Assembly (NCBI GenBank): GCA_051294905.1
Contig: CM119372.1
Coordinates: 2,978,001-3,042,000 of the forward strand
Direction: 5' to 3'
DNA: 64,000 bases
Source: Botryllus schlosseri
Taxonomy: Eukaryota
The position numbers were made by a program, and so were the translations under genes. A model generated the notes under the pieces. It saw only the letters and a list, made by a program, of their open reading frames with translations. It did no database searches and had not been told where the DNA came from. Each line of letters starts with the position of its first letter. Position 1 is the first letter of the stretch. This document shows positions 51,341 through 63,940 of this stretch, in pieces.

Positions 51341-52050
51341 CAGACCTGGGCGGCCCGCGAAACCATTCTGTGCGGCCCTCAAAAGGTTGCTTGGAATTCA
51401 TAACATTAAACCTGCTTTTTGAATGTTGATGCGTGGAGTAAAACCATAGGCTTTATCAATTTAACAGGAAATTCGTTTACTTTGAAGCCTCTTCATTAAT
51501 ATGTCACGATTACGCTGCCTATACGTACCTCGCATGCGTAATCCAGATTCAAAATAAAGGAAATGTTACACAAAGTACGAGTAACAATTAAATTCACAAG
51601 AAATCACTCTTTCCATATAGTTTAGGTCAAGCCTTGTTTGTTGCCATCGTCGCATTACGCATTATAAGGTACGTGTTTCAAATTGTTACGTGAGGCGTTT
51701 CCAAATCCCTAATTCGTAAAACAAGTCAATCAGTGCTCGCGATTAGTATATGACTTATCATATCTGTCACTCATAAAGGATGAAAGGGCATGTCAAAAAG
51801 AGAAAGTCGAAAACTGAAATTCAAAGGTTTAGGAACTAAATATTTGTATACTCGTCCTTCTAGTTTTTGCCGAGCATGTCGCCGAGATTAAGGATTTTAA
51901 TTGTGACGAAAACACGAAACACTCGGTCAAGGGAGGGCAAATTTCAGAAAAACTGCGAACTTCGTCCAACATCAAGGCTATTTGAGCTGCACACTGCTCG
52001 GAATGCAGCGACCAAGACAAGCTTTGTACTATTCCATATACATTTCAGTG
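51341..52050 (+). mobile_element. Degenerate hAT 5' end with transposase N-terminal remnant (GTF2IRD2/SPIN-like)
   Basis: CAGACCTGGG..CGGCCCGCG terminus; frameshifted MSK-KRKVETEIQRF-like start near 51790. Confidence 0.45.
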
Positions 52051-53367
52051 CAGTGGTTCTCGAACTGGCGGACGTGAAAGCATCTGAAGGGAGGCGCGAA
52101 GCCAAAGTTGAAAAGAAATTTTTTTCCGCGTTCCGTGCGATCTACCCCCAACTCATCTTATAATTATTGCTCTGTGTATTGTCCGACTTTGATATGAGAG
52201 AATTCTCTCATCAGCAACCATACCATCCATGCCATCAAACCATCCGTTGGGATTGCTATCATCCTGATTGCTCTTTTTAATATGGTGTGATATCATGATA
52301 GAGGGGCTGGGCACGAAATTTTTCACTATCATAAAGGGGGCGTGCTTAAAACAAAATTTTGGCCGCAGCCATTTTCTTCAGAAAGCTACCGTAATGGAGC
52401 TGCAAAATTCATTTAATTGCAGTTCCATTACGGTGGTTTTCTGAAAAAAATGCCTGCGACTAAAATTTTTTTTCGACCTGCACTCCAATTTGACACCACA
52501 TCATTTTTAGAGTGAAGTGCCCCTTTAACGTCCGCAAAGTCCTGTTGAGTAACTATTATGCGCAGGAATGGATAATAATTCGCAGGCATACACTCACACA
52601 ATGACACATTGTCCAATTTCGCACTCGAATTAAGAGACTAACACGAAAATCGCCCATATGCGAGTGCGGAGTTTCATTGAATTGAAACCTTCAGGTCGCA
52701 ATAAGTCATGTTCATAGGGCGACTCATTGGAAACGTTGTCTTACAATTTGTAACGATTTAAGAGTTGGATGCTAGTTTCACTCACACACTCACGAATTCG
52801 TCGTGTATCGATAAATAATATGCAACTGTACTTGTACAGTATGCACATCGCACAAGGATAGACCCGGCGATAATCTGACTAATATATATATTATTGTTAA
52901 ATCTGAATATATTTAGTTCCAACATGGATACTCGGAGAGACAGTTGGACACCCCCAGCATAGTCAGAGGCGTTGGTTATCAGCACATTCGCATATATACC
53001 TTGGATTTCATGATTTGGCAGTTGTTTTTTCGACGAAACATGGGTCTATGTAATTATCCCAGATCAAAGTGATTGCCCCAGGATTAATCAAGCGAAAGCT
53101 ATTGCTTTGAATCTTGTCAGGTCAATGAAAATACACGAAGATTACCCTCAGAAATTGGGAATGGATGGCACTGTTACGCACATTCGCAGTGTGATGATAC
53201 ATTTAATACACCAACAAGTATTGACGCCGCGCACCAACTGTTTCATAGCAATGCGTCGAGAGGAAAACAACATAATTTGCAGAGTTAACCGAGCAAAATG
53301 TCTAGGATGAACTGTTAAAGATTCAATATCAAAGGCTTCTATGACTGCAACTGTAATTGATGACGGT

Positions 53368-55265
53368 CAGTATCGAATGTAACTAGGGAACGGAAAGTAA
53401 CGTTTTCCCATTGTTGGGTCACGCTCGACTGAATCTAGCGGTTTTGGTCAATCGCAGCGCAACAATTTGCTGTAGGTTAGATGGCATATCACATCACACT
53501 TACAGATACTCGACTTTGATAACGAAATTACTACCCTAATCAGTTAGTAGTAATCTTGAAACTAGCTACAGTGTTAGATGACATCATCAAGATCAACAAT
53601 TCGAAAGCTAGTTGCTCATCTGGTTATGCAACACAATCGAAATCCACACAGACCGATACCGGCTTTCGCGAAAAAGCCATTGCGCGCTAGGCTGCGCGCA
53701 CCTATATACTCGACTTGGATAAAGAAATTACCATCCTAATCAGTTGGTGGTAATCTTGAGACTTGCTGCAGTGCTCGATCACATCATTAAGATATACAAT
53801 TCGAAAGCTAGTTGCTCATCTGGGTATGCAACACAATCAAAATCCACACAGACCGATACCGGCTTTTGAGAAAAATCCATTACGCGCTAGGCTGCGCGCA
53901 ACTATATACTCGACTTGGATAACGAAATTACCATCCTGATCAGTTAGTGGTAATCTTTAGACTTGCTGCAGTGTTAGATCACATCATCAAGATATACACT
54001 TCGAAGGTTAGTCGCTCATCTCGGTATTCAACACAATCAAAATCAACATAGACCGATACCGGCTTTTGAGAAAAATCTGTTATTGGCTAGGCTATGTGCG
54101 CACACTCGACTTCGATAACGAAATTACTAACCCAACTGTGTAGGAACAGCCTTTAAACTTAGCACAGAGTTAGAACGCATAATTCGAATAATAGATACGA
54201 AATCTCGTCATCTCTCCCGCAATGAAACACCTTCAAAATCTTTAGACTTAATTAGAGCAATACCGGCTTTTGCGTAAAATCTGTTCCGCAGGTATAGGCT
54301 GGATGTCATATCAGCGCACACCTCTGTTATCCACATAAAATTATACACTCGACTTCAACAACGAAATTACTGCCTTAATTCTGAGGTAACAAATGTGACA
54401 CCACACTTTGTACAGAGTTAGAATACCTAATCTGAATATTCCATACGAAATCTCGTCATCTCTCTCGACAAGCAACAACGTCAGATTTCAGATCTAGCCT
54501 ACCTTCGTAACAGATCCTAAGCAAAAGCAGGTATTGCTCTGTGTAGATTGTGAAAGTGTTTCATAGCGGTAGAGTTTACGAGAATTCGAATATATTATTC
54601 GGATTAGGCGTTCTAACCCTGTGCGAAGTTTCATGGATGTTACTACGTACACAGTTGGATTAATAATTTCGTTGTCGAAGTCGAGTATGTATAATGTATA
54701 AGTATATGTATGTATGATTGTATAAGTGCGCACACCCACAGCCTAGCCAATAACGGATTTTCGCTAAAGCCGGGATCAGTCTATGTCGATTTTGATTGTG
54801 TTGAACACGGAGATGAGCGACTAGCTTTCGAACTGTATATCTTGATGATGTCATCTAACAATGCAGCAAGTTACAAGATTACCACAAACTGATTAGGGTG
54901 GTAATTTCGTTATCGAAGTCGAGTACTTAGTACATAGATGCGCGCAGCCTAGCGCGTAACGGATTTTTCGGAAAAGCCGGTAACGATCTATTTGGATTTT
55001 GATTGTGTTGCATACCCAGATGAGCTACCAGCTTTCCAATTGTATATCTTGATGATGTCATCTAACACTGTAGCAAGTTTCAAGATTACCACTAACTGAT
55101 TAGGGTAGTAATTTCGTTATCAAAGTCGAGTATCTATAACTGATATGTCATCTAACCTACGGCAAATTGTTGCGATTGTTGCGCTGCGATTGACCAAAAC
55201 GACTAGATTCATTCGAGCGTGACCTAACAATGGGAAAACGGGAGTTTCCGTTCCACTCGATACTG
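53368..55265. mobile_element. Foldback-like element: long inverted arms made of about 200-bp tandem units
   Basis: Outer inverted segment GGAACGGAAA..TTTTCCCATTGTT.GGTCACGCTCGA; forward units at 53511, 53711, 53911, 54107, 54350; inverted units near 54680, 54920, 55125. Confidence 0.88.
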
Positions 55266-55969
55266 TCAGCATAGTGTCCAGTATGGTGTCGACACAGGCA
55301 AATCTCACGCCTCGGTGAAATTGATTCACGTCACAATTTCCATTTGGCTACAGGCAATTTGACGGTCATTTTCAAAATCCTCAAATTTAAGTTGCTGACC
55401 AATATCACTCGCAAATTTGAGGTACCCGGTACGAAATCCTGAAATGCACGATGCATTCACTGATCAAAGAAACTAGAAGAAATGGCGGCGCCTGTATCAC
55501 AATGCAGTTTTGAAATATACATCGTCTTTCTGATCTCCGGCGAGAAATAAACTCCCGCGGAAATGACATTCACAATTACAAATTCAAATTACAAACAACG
55601 CCATAGCTATCCACTTTCTTGATTGATAACGTAACTTTGTAGTCGCTGTTACCTTGCCATGCAACACTAAAAGATGCATTAACTGTAAAAGGCGTCTTAA
55701 AAGTAGATTCATACATTTATTGTTGTCTATATGTCTGTTGAAAATCTAAATATTATACGTTTTGAGCTTCGAAAAATATCATATGCCTCTCAGTGCAATA
55801 CAATTAGAAATATATTACTTGCATAAAATTGATGTAGCTCAAGTTTTGCATACTTATTATTCAAATAAGGCAACAAGCATGATTAGTACGAGTCTTTACT
55901 GAGAAAATACGGTGTACACGAATTTGCGCTAAGATGACGTCACGATTTTTCAAATATGACGTAGTAGTT

Positions 55970-57440
55970 ATATATATATATATCGGCTTTCAATTAAATA
56001 AAAGGGCAAAAGAAAACAGGAAACAAAGGAACATCAAGATATCAGTTTTGGGCCCTTATCAAGCGCCTCCAGCGTGGGCGGTCGTGGGCGTCTTCGAGCG
56101 ATAGCCCGCGTTGCGCTAGCTCGGTCTCTATTGTTGAGCGCCATGTGGTTCTATTCCAGCTACCTCTGCGCCATGGCTCTGTCGGAATGTGGTTGATGAT
56201 GGCGGCGGCTGGTTGATCGTCTTGATGCCGCACTAGATGACCGATTAAGCGTAAGCGTCGTTCAGCAGCCAGCAAACGGCATGGGACTGTTTTTGTGAGT
56301 TTGCGCAGAGCATTGGTGGATATGTGCTCCGGGTGGTGGATGCCGAGTGCGTAGCGGAGGAGTGCATCGTAGTTGGCGTTGAGTGTCTTAGCCAGCTTTT
56401 CTGTCAGCGTGATTGCTTCTATTCCGTAAAGAAGAACCTGCTCGACAGTGGCACGGAAAATGCGGGTCTTGAGTTGGGGTGAGGCACTTGAGTGGAAGAG
56501 GCAATGTAGCCGTCTTGCCGCGCCCCAGGCCTTTGCTCGCCTCGCCTTCAGTGCTTTTCCAGAGTCCGCGACGTCAATACCGAGGTATATAAAACTCTTG
56601 ACATTCTTGAGCCTGACTTCTCCCAGTTGAATTGGTGTCGCGTTCTCCGGCAGAGCTGGTATGGCCAGAACCTCAGTCTTCTTGGCATTGATCTGGAGGC
56701 CAATAAGAGCGGCGGTGGCCTCTAGTTGGTTGATGAGGCGCTGTGCCGACGCGGTATTCGGGGCAAGCAAGGCGAGGTCGTCCGCGTAGGCAAGAATACC
56801 TACGTGGATAGCCTCGCGAGTCGTACGCGTACGCGTTCCTTGCCGTGGCCGCCATTCAAAGAAGTTCGAGTTGTCCGGGAAGGCCGTTCGTAGCACGAAG
56901 TCAAGGATTATCACGAACAAGAATGGTGCCAAGGTGTCACCTTGAAGCGCGCCAGCCGAAGTGGTAAAATGGCGTACCTTATCACCTCAGGAATTCCATA
57001 GAATCTGAGGATCTTCGCCATGGCTGGGCGCGAGACCGAGTCGAAGGCTTTCGCAAAGTCAACAAAGACAGCCACAACATTCTTTTTGTGTGAGCGGCAG
57101 GTGTCAATGATTGTGCGCAGTGCCAGGATATGCTCTGTTGTACCGCGGGATGGTCGAAATCCATTCTGGACATTCAGGAGCTTGGTAGATACTTGCTCAC
57201 GTATGCGAAGGAGCAGTACTCGGTCGAACAGCTTGGCCGCGGTCTGCATGAGGGAGATGCCTCTGTAATTCGCTGGGTCACTCGCAGCGCCTTTCTTGTA
57301 GATAGGCACGATTTCGCTCTCGATTCACTCGGGCGGCACCGGGCCGCCTTCGAGGACACCGTTCATGACGTCGAGGAGAAAAGGTGCAACGCCCGAGGTG
57401 TACGCAGCCGTTGGGATGCCGTCCGTACCGGTGGCCTTGA
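55970..57440 (-). mobile_element. 5'-truncated non-LTR retrotransposon (RTE-like) with inactivated reverse transcriptase
   Basis: KATGTDGIP, NYRGISL, QNGFR, FVDFAKAFDS, QGDTLAPFLF, LAYADD, YLG motifs; (TA)n tail; 11-bp TSD ACGTAGTAGTT at 55959-55969 and 57441-57451; W->TGA near 57325 and an internal deletion/frameshift near 56970. Confidence 0.93.
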
Positions 57441-58169
57441 ACGTAGTAGTTGAGTGACATGTATGGCTCTTTGGGAGGTAAAATGGAAAATATACGGTCA
57501 ATATGGCTCTTCGGACGAAAAAGGTTCCCGACCACTGCCATATAGGACACTATGCTGTCAGAAACACACAATCCGAATAATATTTACAAAATCTCGTCAT
57601 CTCTCCCGCTATGAAGCACTTTCAAAATTTACATAGAGCAATACCTGCTTTTGCATAAAATCTGTTACGCAGGTAGGCTAGATGTCATATCAACGCACGT
57701 CGCACACCGATGCATATTTAACTACTTCGAGAACGGAATTACTACCCTGTCATAGAGTTTTAACCTTGAGACTTCGCACAGAGTTAGATCACGTACAATT
57801 AAAATATGCCATACGTTAATTGGACGTATGGAACACCGCCAAACTCTGGACCAGGCAATACCGACAGTGGCGTAAAATATACTATGCGATAGCGCACACC
57901 TATGCCATAGCAATTTACAACGTAGCTGGCATGGACTGCCATGGAGACTCGATCCAAGAAATTGTGGTTGGCAGCTCCCCCTAGTGAGTAGGTAACGGAA
58001 TACGACGATGCCAATGCTGTAGTGCAGATCCAATGCTATCAGGCTACAGTTTTCTCCAGCTATCTTATCGATATTTGAGTGAAATATAGGATCTGGGTTT
58101 ATTTGGCCTCCACATCTCGGTTTTCTGAAATATCCCTGTGGCATCCCTGTTAGTAATCTGTAGTCTCAT

Positions 58170-58540
58170 CGGTAGGGGTAAGGATAAGCGGACACGAATC
58201 GGTCGGCCCCGGTTCAATTCCCGTCGGAGGTTCATCTGGGCTCCTCTTCCCCCGCAGTCGCCGTTCTTACGGCGATAAAAAAAAGCCAAGAAAAAGACCC
58301 GACCAAAGAAAGCACTCACAAGTAATGGAAAGAACTAAAACGGGCCATGGCTTCAAAAAGATCAACATCGAATAGTGAACTGTTACACCGGGCCCTCTAG
58401 GCCGAGGTGGATGTCATCGGTCTAAAAGGACCGCAACTGCATGTCGTTCGATATCCTCCTATCTGTTCATTACATCGCATTGTGTCTTATCGCATTGTAC
58501 ATCGTGTGTGACTTGTTCAGATGAAAAATATACCCTAACA
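58170..58540 (+). mobile_element. tRNA-derived SINE, family 1, second copy
   Basis: B box GGTTCAATTCC and body CTGGGCTCCTCTTCCCC..AAGAAAGCACTCACAA..CTCTAGGCCGAGGTGGATGT as in 59858-60280. Confidence 0.8.
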
Positions 58541-58710
58541 TTCATTCAGTGTGCATGCCTCCTCTTCACATCGCCTAGGCCAAGGTGGGTGTCTGATTCC
58601 ATAGACAAATCCAAGTCGCTTCGACATCTTCCTGTCTATTCATTGTATCGCATTTTTGTGGTGTATTGAACTGATAAAATTGCTAATAAACCAATGATGA
58701 TGATGATGAT
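58541..58710 (+). mobile_element. CR1/L2-type 3' UTR fragment with (GAT)n tail
   Basis: GTGTGCATGCCT..TAGGCCAAGGTGGGTGTCT..TTGTGGTGTATTGA..AATAAA..(GAT)n, shared with 8521-8720. Confidence 0.7.
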
Positions 58711-59187
58711 ATACCTCGGGGGTTTTACCGGGCACGAGCGAACATGTCCAGATTGTCCACTTTGTACATGTTTGTACAGTCATGGAAATGTGATATGTTC
58801 TATTTTCACCTGCCGCGTTGGGATCTCATGATATTCTATAAATATTTATTTACAACATAGCATTCTGCGCTACCAGTAAGAATGCACAAGTCACCGCAAA
58901 GTTCAAACTGGAAACATTACAATACCAGAGTTACGTATCGTCGATATTTGTGAACGATACCGGTCGATCAAATATATTTTCCGCTTAGGAAATTTCACAT
59001 AAACAAAAAGTCAGAATCACCACTGAGCGATATAGTAAGTTAGGAACTTAAGGAACCAGTATCTAATGTTTACACTTTACATTACATGCGATAATAGCTG
59101 TAGCAAAGACGAAGAGAGTTATTCGTGGTGCTCATTCGGTCAATCAAATCAGACTAAAGTGACGGACTAAGTGACAGACAAGACAGG

Positions 59188-62100
59188 ATGACGGACGAAT
59201 TTCATAACTTGCGGTAAACCTTAAATTGCTTGTCCGTTTATGTTGTCTTCGATTACTTTTCATTCAGTGTGCATGCCTCTTTTCTTCATAGACTAGGCTT
59301 AAGTGGGTGTCTGATTTTGAAGACCACTCCAAGACCTTCCTATCTTTTCATTGTATCGCTTAACACGAGCCCAAAACTGATTATCTCGATGTTCTTTTGT
59401 CTCCTGTTTTCTTTTGCCCTTTTTTATTTTATCTAATTGAAAAGTCGATATATATAATATATATTGTATCGCAATCTTGATGTTGTCTGGTTTGAAACAC
59501 AGTAAACTGAACTGAATATATACATCTTCATCACTTGAAACCAGACTCGCCCTCTATGCAGTAACCTCATCTCATATAGTACAAGTACCGATACTACTGG
59601 GCAGTGTTCATAAGTTATAAATATAAATATTGTTGCAGAATATTCGTCTCTACGTGGAACGTTGGAGAAAGTAAGCCTTTGGAAAGAGATGAATTTGAAA
59701 AACTGCTCCCATCTGAAGGACCAGTTGATATCTACGCTTTTGGGTAAGAATAATCTGTAACTGTACAATGGTAATGGTCAAAATTTATGGTACTACCATA
59801 ACAAACCAGAGTAAAGTAGTCTTTGAAAATTCAAAAGTTTCAAATCAAATGATAGCAGGAGAGATAGTGTAGTGGTTACGATAAGCGCCCAGCACGCAGA
59901 CGAACCGAGTTCGATTCCCGTCGGAGGTTTTCTGGGCTCCTCTTCCCCTGCCGATGTCGTTCTTACGGCGACAAAAAAGCCCAGACAAAGACCCGACGAA
60001 AGAAAGCACTCACAATGAATGGAAAGAACTAGTGGAAAGGGCCGCGGCTTCAAAGAGAGTCAACATCGAAAAAGGACTGTGACATCGGGCGCTCTAGGCC
60101 GAGGTGGATGTTAGAGTAAAGGATCGCTGCTGATGCGTGTCGTTCGACATCCTCCTATCTGTTCATGACATCCTCCTATCTGTTCATGACATCGCATTGT
60201 GTCTTATCACATTGTACATTGTGTGTGACTTGTTCAGATCAAAAATATACCTCAACCATGTTATGTTATGTTATGTTATGATCAATTCTGTATTCTGTGT
60301 CGAACTTTATGTACTAACATGAGATGTAACAACACTTCGACCCTATTTGTACCAAATGTCATTGAAATCATATGTCATCTTTTTGATTAAACCCATCCCC
60401 TACTACTAGATTCACTTGTTTACACATGTAGAAATAAAACTAATTCACGTCAGATTATCGAGAAAATGATTCTCTATCACATATTTGACACTTACACAAG
60501 ATGAAGCAACATTAAAACTCTATCCGTACGAAATGTTATCAATATCCAATGTCATGTCACGTTTATGTCGTCATGGAAACATCACTTTGTGATAAGTCCA
60601 TTTTATGTGCATCATAAAAACCGAAATTCCTCTTTTCAAATTGTTTGGTATCTCCTATTTACTGACAAAGGTATGTGTTTGTATGTTGAACTTGAAACAA
60701 GTTATACCAATTCCATATTTACCACAGTGTAGAATTCAGACTTATCAGAATGCAATTTCACTTATGAGCTGAACCAGTGTAATATAATCCATCTTGTCCT
60801 ACTAATAGTTTATAATGTATATAAGTGTTTGTAATTGCAGTCTTTTTCTATGTCAGCTTCCAAGAAATCAAAACCGGAGCCCAAGAAACAGTGAAAAGTT
60901 TCATCAAGTATGATCAGTGGGCCAAAGCTCTTATCGACTTTTTATCCAAAAGGTCTTATTACTTGGTACGTAAGGTCTCTTCAATTGATTGATTGGGTTA
61001 TTAATACATACATTCATAAGTACCCATTACTTTCAGGTTTCATTGGTCAGCAATAAAATTATTTGTAGTATAATTCTTACTGTACCCATTTCATAAAATA
61101 TGTTTTAACTTCCTATCAACTGGAGTCTTTAATCTTTGGAATTATGTAATCTCGAATGGGGATTATATTTCATTCATATTGATTTTATTTCATTCGTTTT
61201 GATTAATCAATGCTATACCGCGAATATCCCCAATGAATGAGCCACATGATTTATTGAACACTCATTTCCTGCATACCTGCATGTTATGGTGTATGCTTGT
61301 CGGATGATAACATCTATAGGCCTAGTGACCTATTTATTGATTTCAACTAGCATATTTTGTTTCTCCTCTTTCCTACAGCCACGTATGCCTTGTACTTTAA
61401 AACAGATCTAAAAGAGATCATCTATATATAGTATTCTTGTTTGCACTAGCTGTCAAGGAGATATTTGTAGGTTTATAAATCTGTTGATACACTCAATGTG
61501 ATTATAGCTCATCCATTGCAGTGACTTTAAGATACTTTCTTGCTAGATGAAGCACCCTGCTAAAATGTCACTTGTATATACGATTACTCCCCTTTTCTTA
61601 TTTCAATATCTCATCATATGAGAGAGCAACTCTCTTGTAAAGAGACTGTCGGAGTTACAAAGCTTCGATATACAGTTAAATAATACATTCATTTTTCCTT
61701 CAAGATTGAAAGTGTCCGGGTGCAAGGAATATCTTTAAGCGTGTTTGCGTTAATTAAACACCTGCCGCATATTCGCCACATTGAAACGGAAATCGAACGA
61801 ACGGGGGTCGCAGGGGCTTGGGTGAGTACCATGGTATTTCTCTAGAGCTGAAGTCACTCGAAATTGTTTGAATGTGTTCAATTCCATTACAAAAATGCAG
61901 CGATAATTGTTAAAATCTAGATGCCTTTGCCTAAATGTTCACATATATATAGCCTATATATCCTTCACATAGGCTATGTGTATGTTGTGCGCCCGTGAAT
62001 TTTATCTGCATGACGAATCTTATGGCTTTATTATTGTCGCCATTTTCCTCTGAATCACATCATCAAAAAGACATTTTATCTCTCCAATGCAATGTTATAT

Positions 62101-62855
62101 GTTGCCCGATTTCGCAGTTAGGCCAGTTGACATCCATATGCATGAATAATTCATAGTTTTCTGTTTGATTCATTCATATACTGGTCTTTATACGCATCGA
62201 TTTGAATAATTATGGATGATTCACGAATGTATGCACAATTTTGACATTTCACATGCACTACACCAGCGTTGGACCATTTGAAAATTTTCAAGCTTTTCCA
62301 AATTAGATTGGAATTAGACTTTTAGGTCAACATTTTTTTTCCAAATTAGAATAGAATTGGAATTATAGATACAGTTTTGTTTCCAAGTTTAAATTACAAT
62401 TACGGAATTGGCAAAAATTTTCATACGAAATCTTAATTCACACTCATACACATGAGAACGGAAAATGTTTGTACAGCAAGCTTGGCTCGCACTGTGTAGT
62501 TCTTTAGCATTTTCAGGAAAACCAGAAATTAGATTAGAATTAAAATTTTAGTGTAGAAACATTTCACAAATTAGATTATAATTAGATTACAGGTATTTTG
62601 CTATAATTAGTCTAATTGTCCAAGTCTACGCACTACACTGCATATAAGTTTATAACGGATGGTAAGCCATGCCGTAATCATTCAGGGTAACAAGGGCGGT
62701 GTTGCCGTCTCTGCGCGGGTGTACGGCCAGCATATTTGCTTTCTCAACGCTCATTTGTCCGCACATCTGACCAACGATGACGGCCGGATCAGCGACGTCA
62801 ACGAAATTTACCGGGAAATGAGCTTTCGTGGAAAGGCTACCGTGCAAGACCACGA
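59188..62855 (+). CDS. INPP5K: Inositol polyphosphate 5-phosphatase (INPP5K/INPP5J-like), 5' exons; gene continues beyond the window
   Basis: Exons 59188-59213 (tentative start MTDEFHNLR), 59639-59743 (IFVSTWNV..DIYAFG), 60857-60965 (FQEI..DQW), 61705-61821 (RVQGI..RTGVAGAW), 62686-62855 (GNKGGVAV..ICFLNAHLSAH..RISD); all GT-AG and in phase; hallmark IPPc motifs. K versus J assignment uncertain. Confidence 0.9.
59360..59462 (+). mobile_element. Extremely 5'-truncated copy (about 100 bp) of the same RTE-like family
   Basis: GCCCAAAACTGA..CCTGTTTTCTTTTGCCCTTT..AATTGAAA..CGATATATAT matches the 3' end of 55970-56055; flanked by TSD ATTGTATCGC. Confidence 0.8.
59858..60280 (+). mobile_element. 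tRNA-derived SINE, family 1 (intronic)
   Basis: A box TAGTGTAGTGG, B box GAGTTCGATTCC, body shared with 58170-58540, (TGTTA)n tail. Confidence 0.85.
62264..62630. mobile_element. hAT MITE with AATTAG repeats (intronic)
   Basis: TSD CACTACAC on both sides; same family as 38029-43612 and fragments near 20040-20180, 45310-45500, 51125-51260. Confidence 0.8.
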
Positions 62856-63724
62856 GTAAGTGCCGTCGGCTGTTCCAAAAAGTTGTTTTTTCAAATTTTA
62901 CTGGCTACTCGATATAATTTTAGCTTGCCTGTAACGCCTGAAGAAACGCTGCGCACTAAATTTGACTTGGTTCCAACTCGGTCAAGAATTTCTATGAGAC
63001 GAAAAAATTTTGGATTTATTTAAAAAAAATTAATTTTCTTCAAATGTTACCGGCCGTAAGTGGCCTACCATTTTTTTTTTCAAATCAAAAGTTTTCCACG
63101 CCGATAACAGTTCTATCAATTAGCCAATGAAACTTCAAAAAACTTCAAAAGTTGTTTTCAAACAGCCCCTAGTGTGCATTTCTGGCTGAATTCGTAAAAA
63201 TGAATCTCTATCTGTTGATCATTTCGTGCCCGACGCCCACGCAAGTTCGGTTCATTCGATATTTTCTATCATTCAATGTGTCGCATGTTTGGTGCAACCG
63301 TTTCTGCAGAAGTCAATACCGGTATACCGTTTCAAATTGCCCACATCGAGTTGAATTCATTGGTTCAAACTGCAAAGCATGCCGTAGTTCAATAGGCCTA
63401 GTTATCAGCAGGGCGATTTATTTTACCTAAAAAACGAAAGATATTGACCTGATAATCTTAATTTTGACCAAATTTGACCTAACGTATTCAAATTAGGTGT
63501 TTTCCCACATAATTTAAAATTGTACTGCTTGTCTTCATTTCTGGTTGGAACTGTCTGTCCTTACGAAGGAGTTTATCCTGAAAAAAACTTTTTTGCCTCA
63601 AAAACTAACAATTTTTTTATGAAAAAACTTTATTTAACAAAATCTAGCCTTATGAAGAAGTTCAGTAGCTAGATTACCCATTATGGTAGAAATAATTAAA
63701 AAATTTTGTAGTGCAACGAAAGTT

Positions 63725-63940
63725 ACTTTCCTATATTCTCGGGTAGAAAGTGTCTGTCCTAACTAAGTACAGTAGCTTGTCAGGAATGGAGAAAGAACGT
63801 TCAACACCAGCAGTTGTTAGCTGACAGCACTGAAGTTGTGGGTACATTGCTGGTGACAAACCGTGATGCTCCATTCTGCCAATGGTGTCTACATCACAAT
63901 TTTTCATCATGCGCTTTTTGATATAAGGTCCATGCAATGA
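63725..63940 (-). mobile_element. hAT transposase C-terminal relic
   Basis: LQCCQLTTAGVERSFS..KLL resembles the hAT dimerisation-domain motif (S..ER.FS). Confidence 0.65.

Noticed and set aside
53500..55140. Regularly spaced repeats as a CRISPR array
   Set aside because: Whole 200-bp units are homologous, with no unique spacers; arranged as inverted arms.
56448..57571. Several short ORFs overlapping the RT region
   Set aside because: Alternative-frame or antisense shadows of the GC-rich retrotransposon ORF.
59858..59935. tRNA gene (also 50131-50195 and 45724-45790)
   Set aside because: A and B boxes are present but the stems are imperfect and the sequence continues into a repeated SINE body.
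59188..62855. Functional link between the 5-phosphatase and ITIM signalling (SHIP-like)
   Set aside because: The catalytic domain starts right after the apparent start codon and no SH2 exon is seen; adjacency is probably coincidental.
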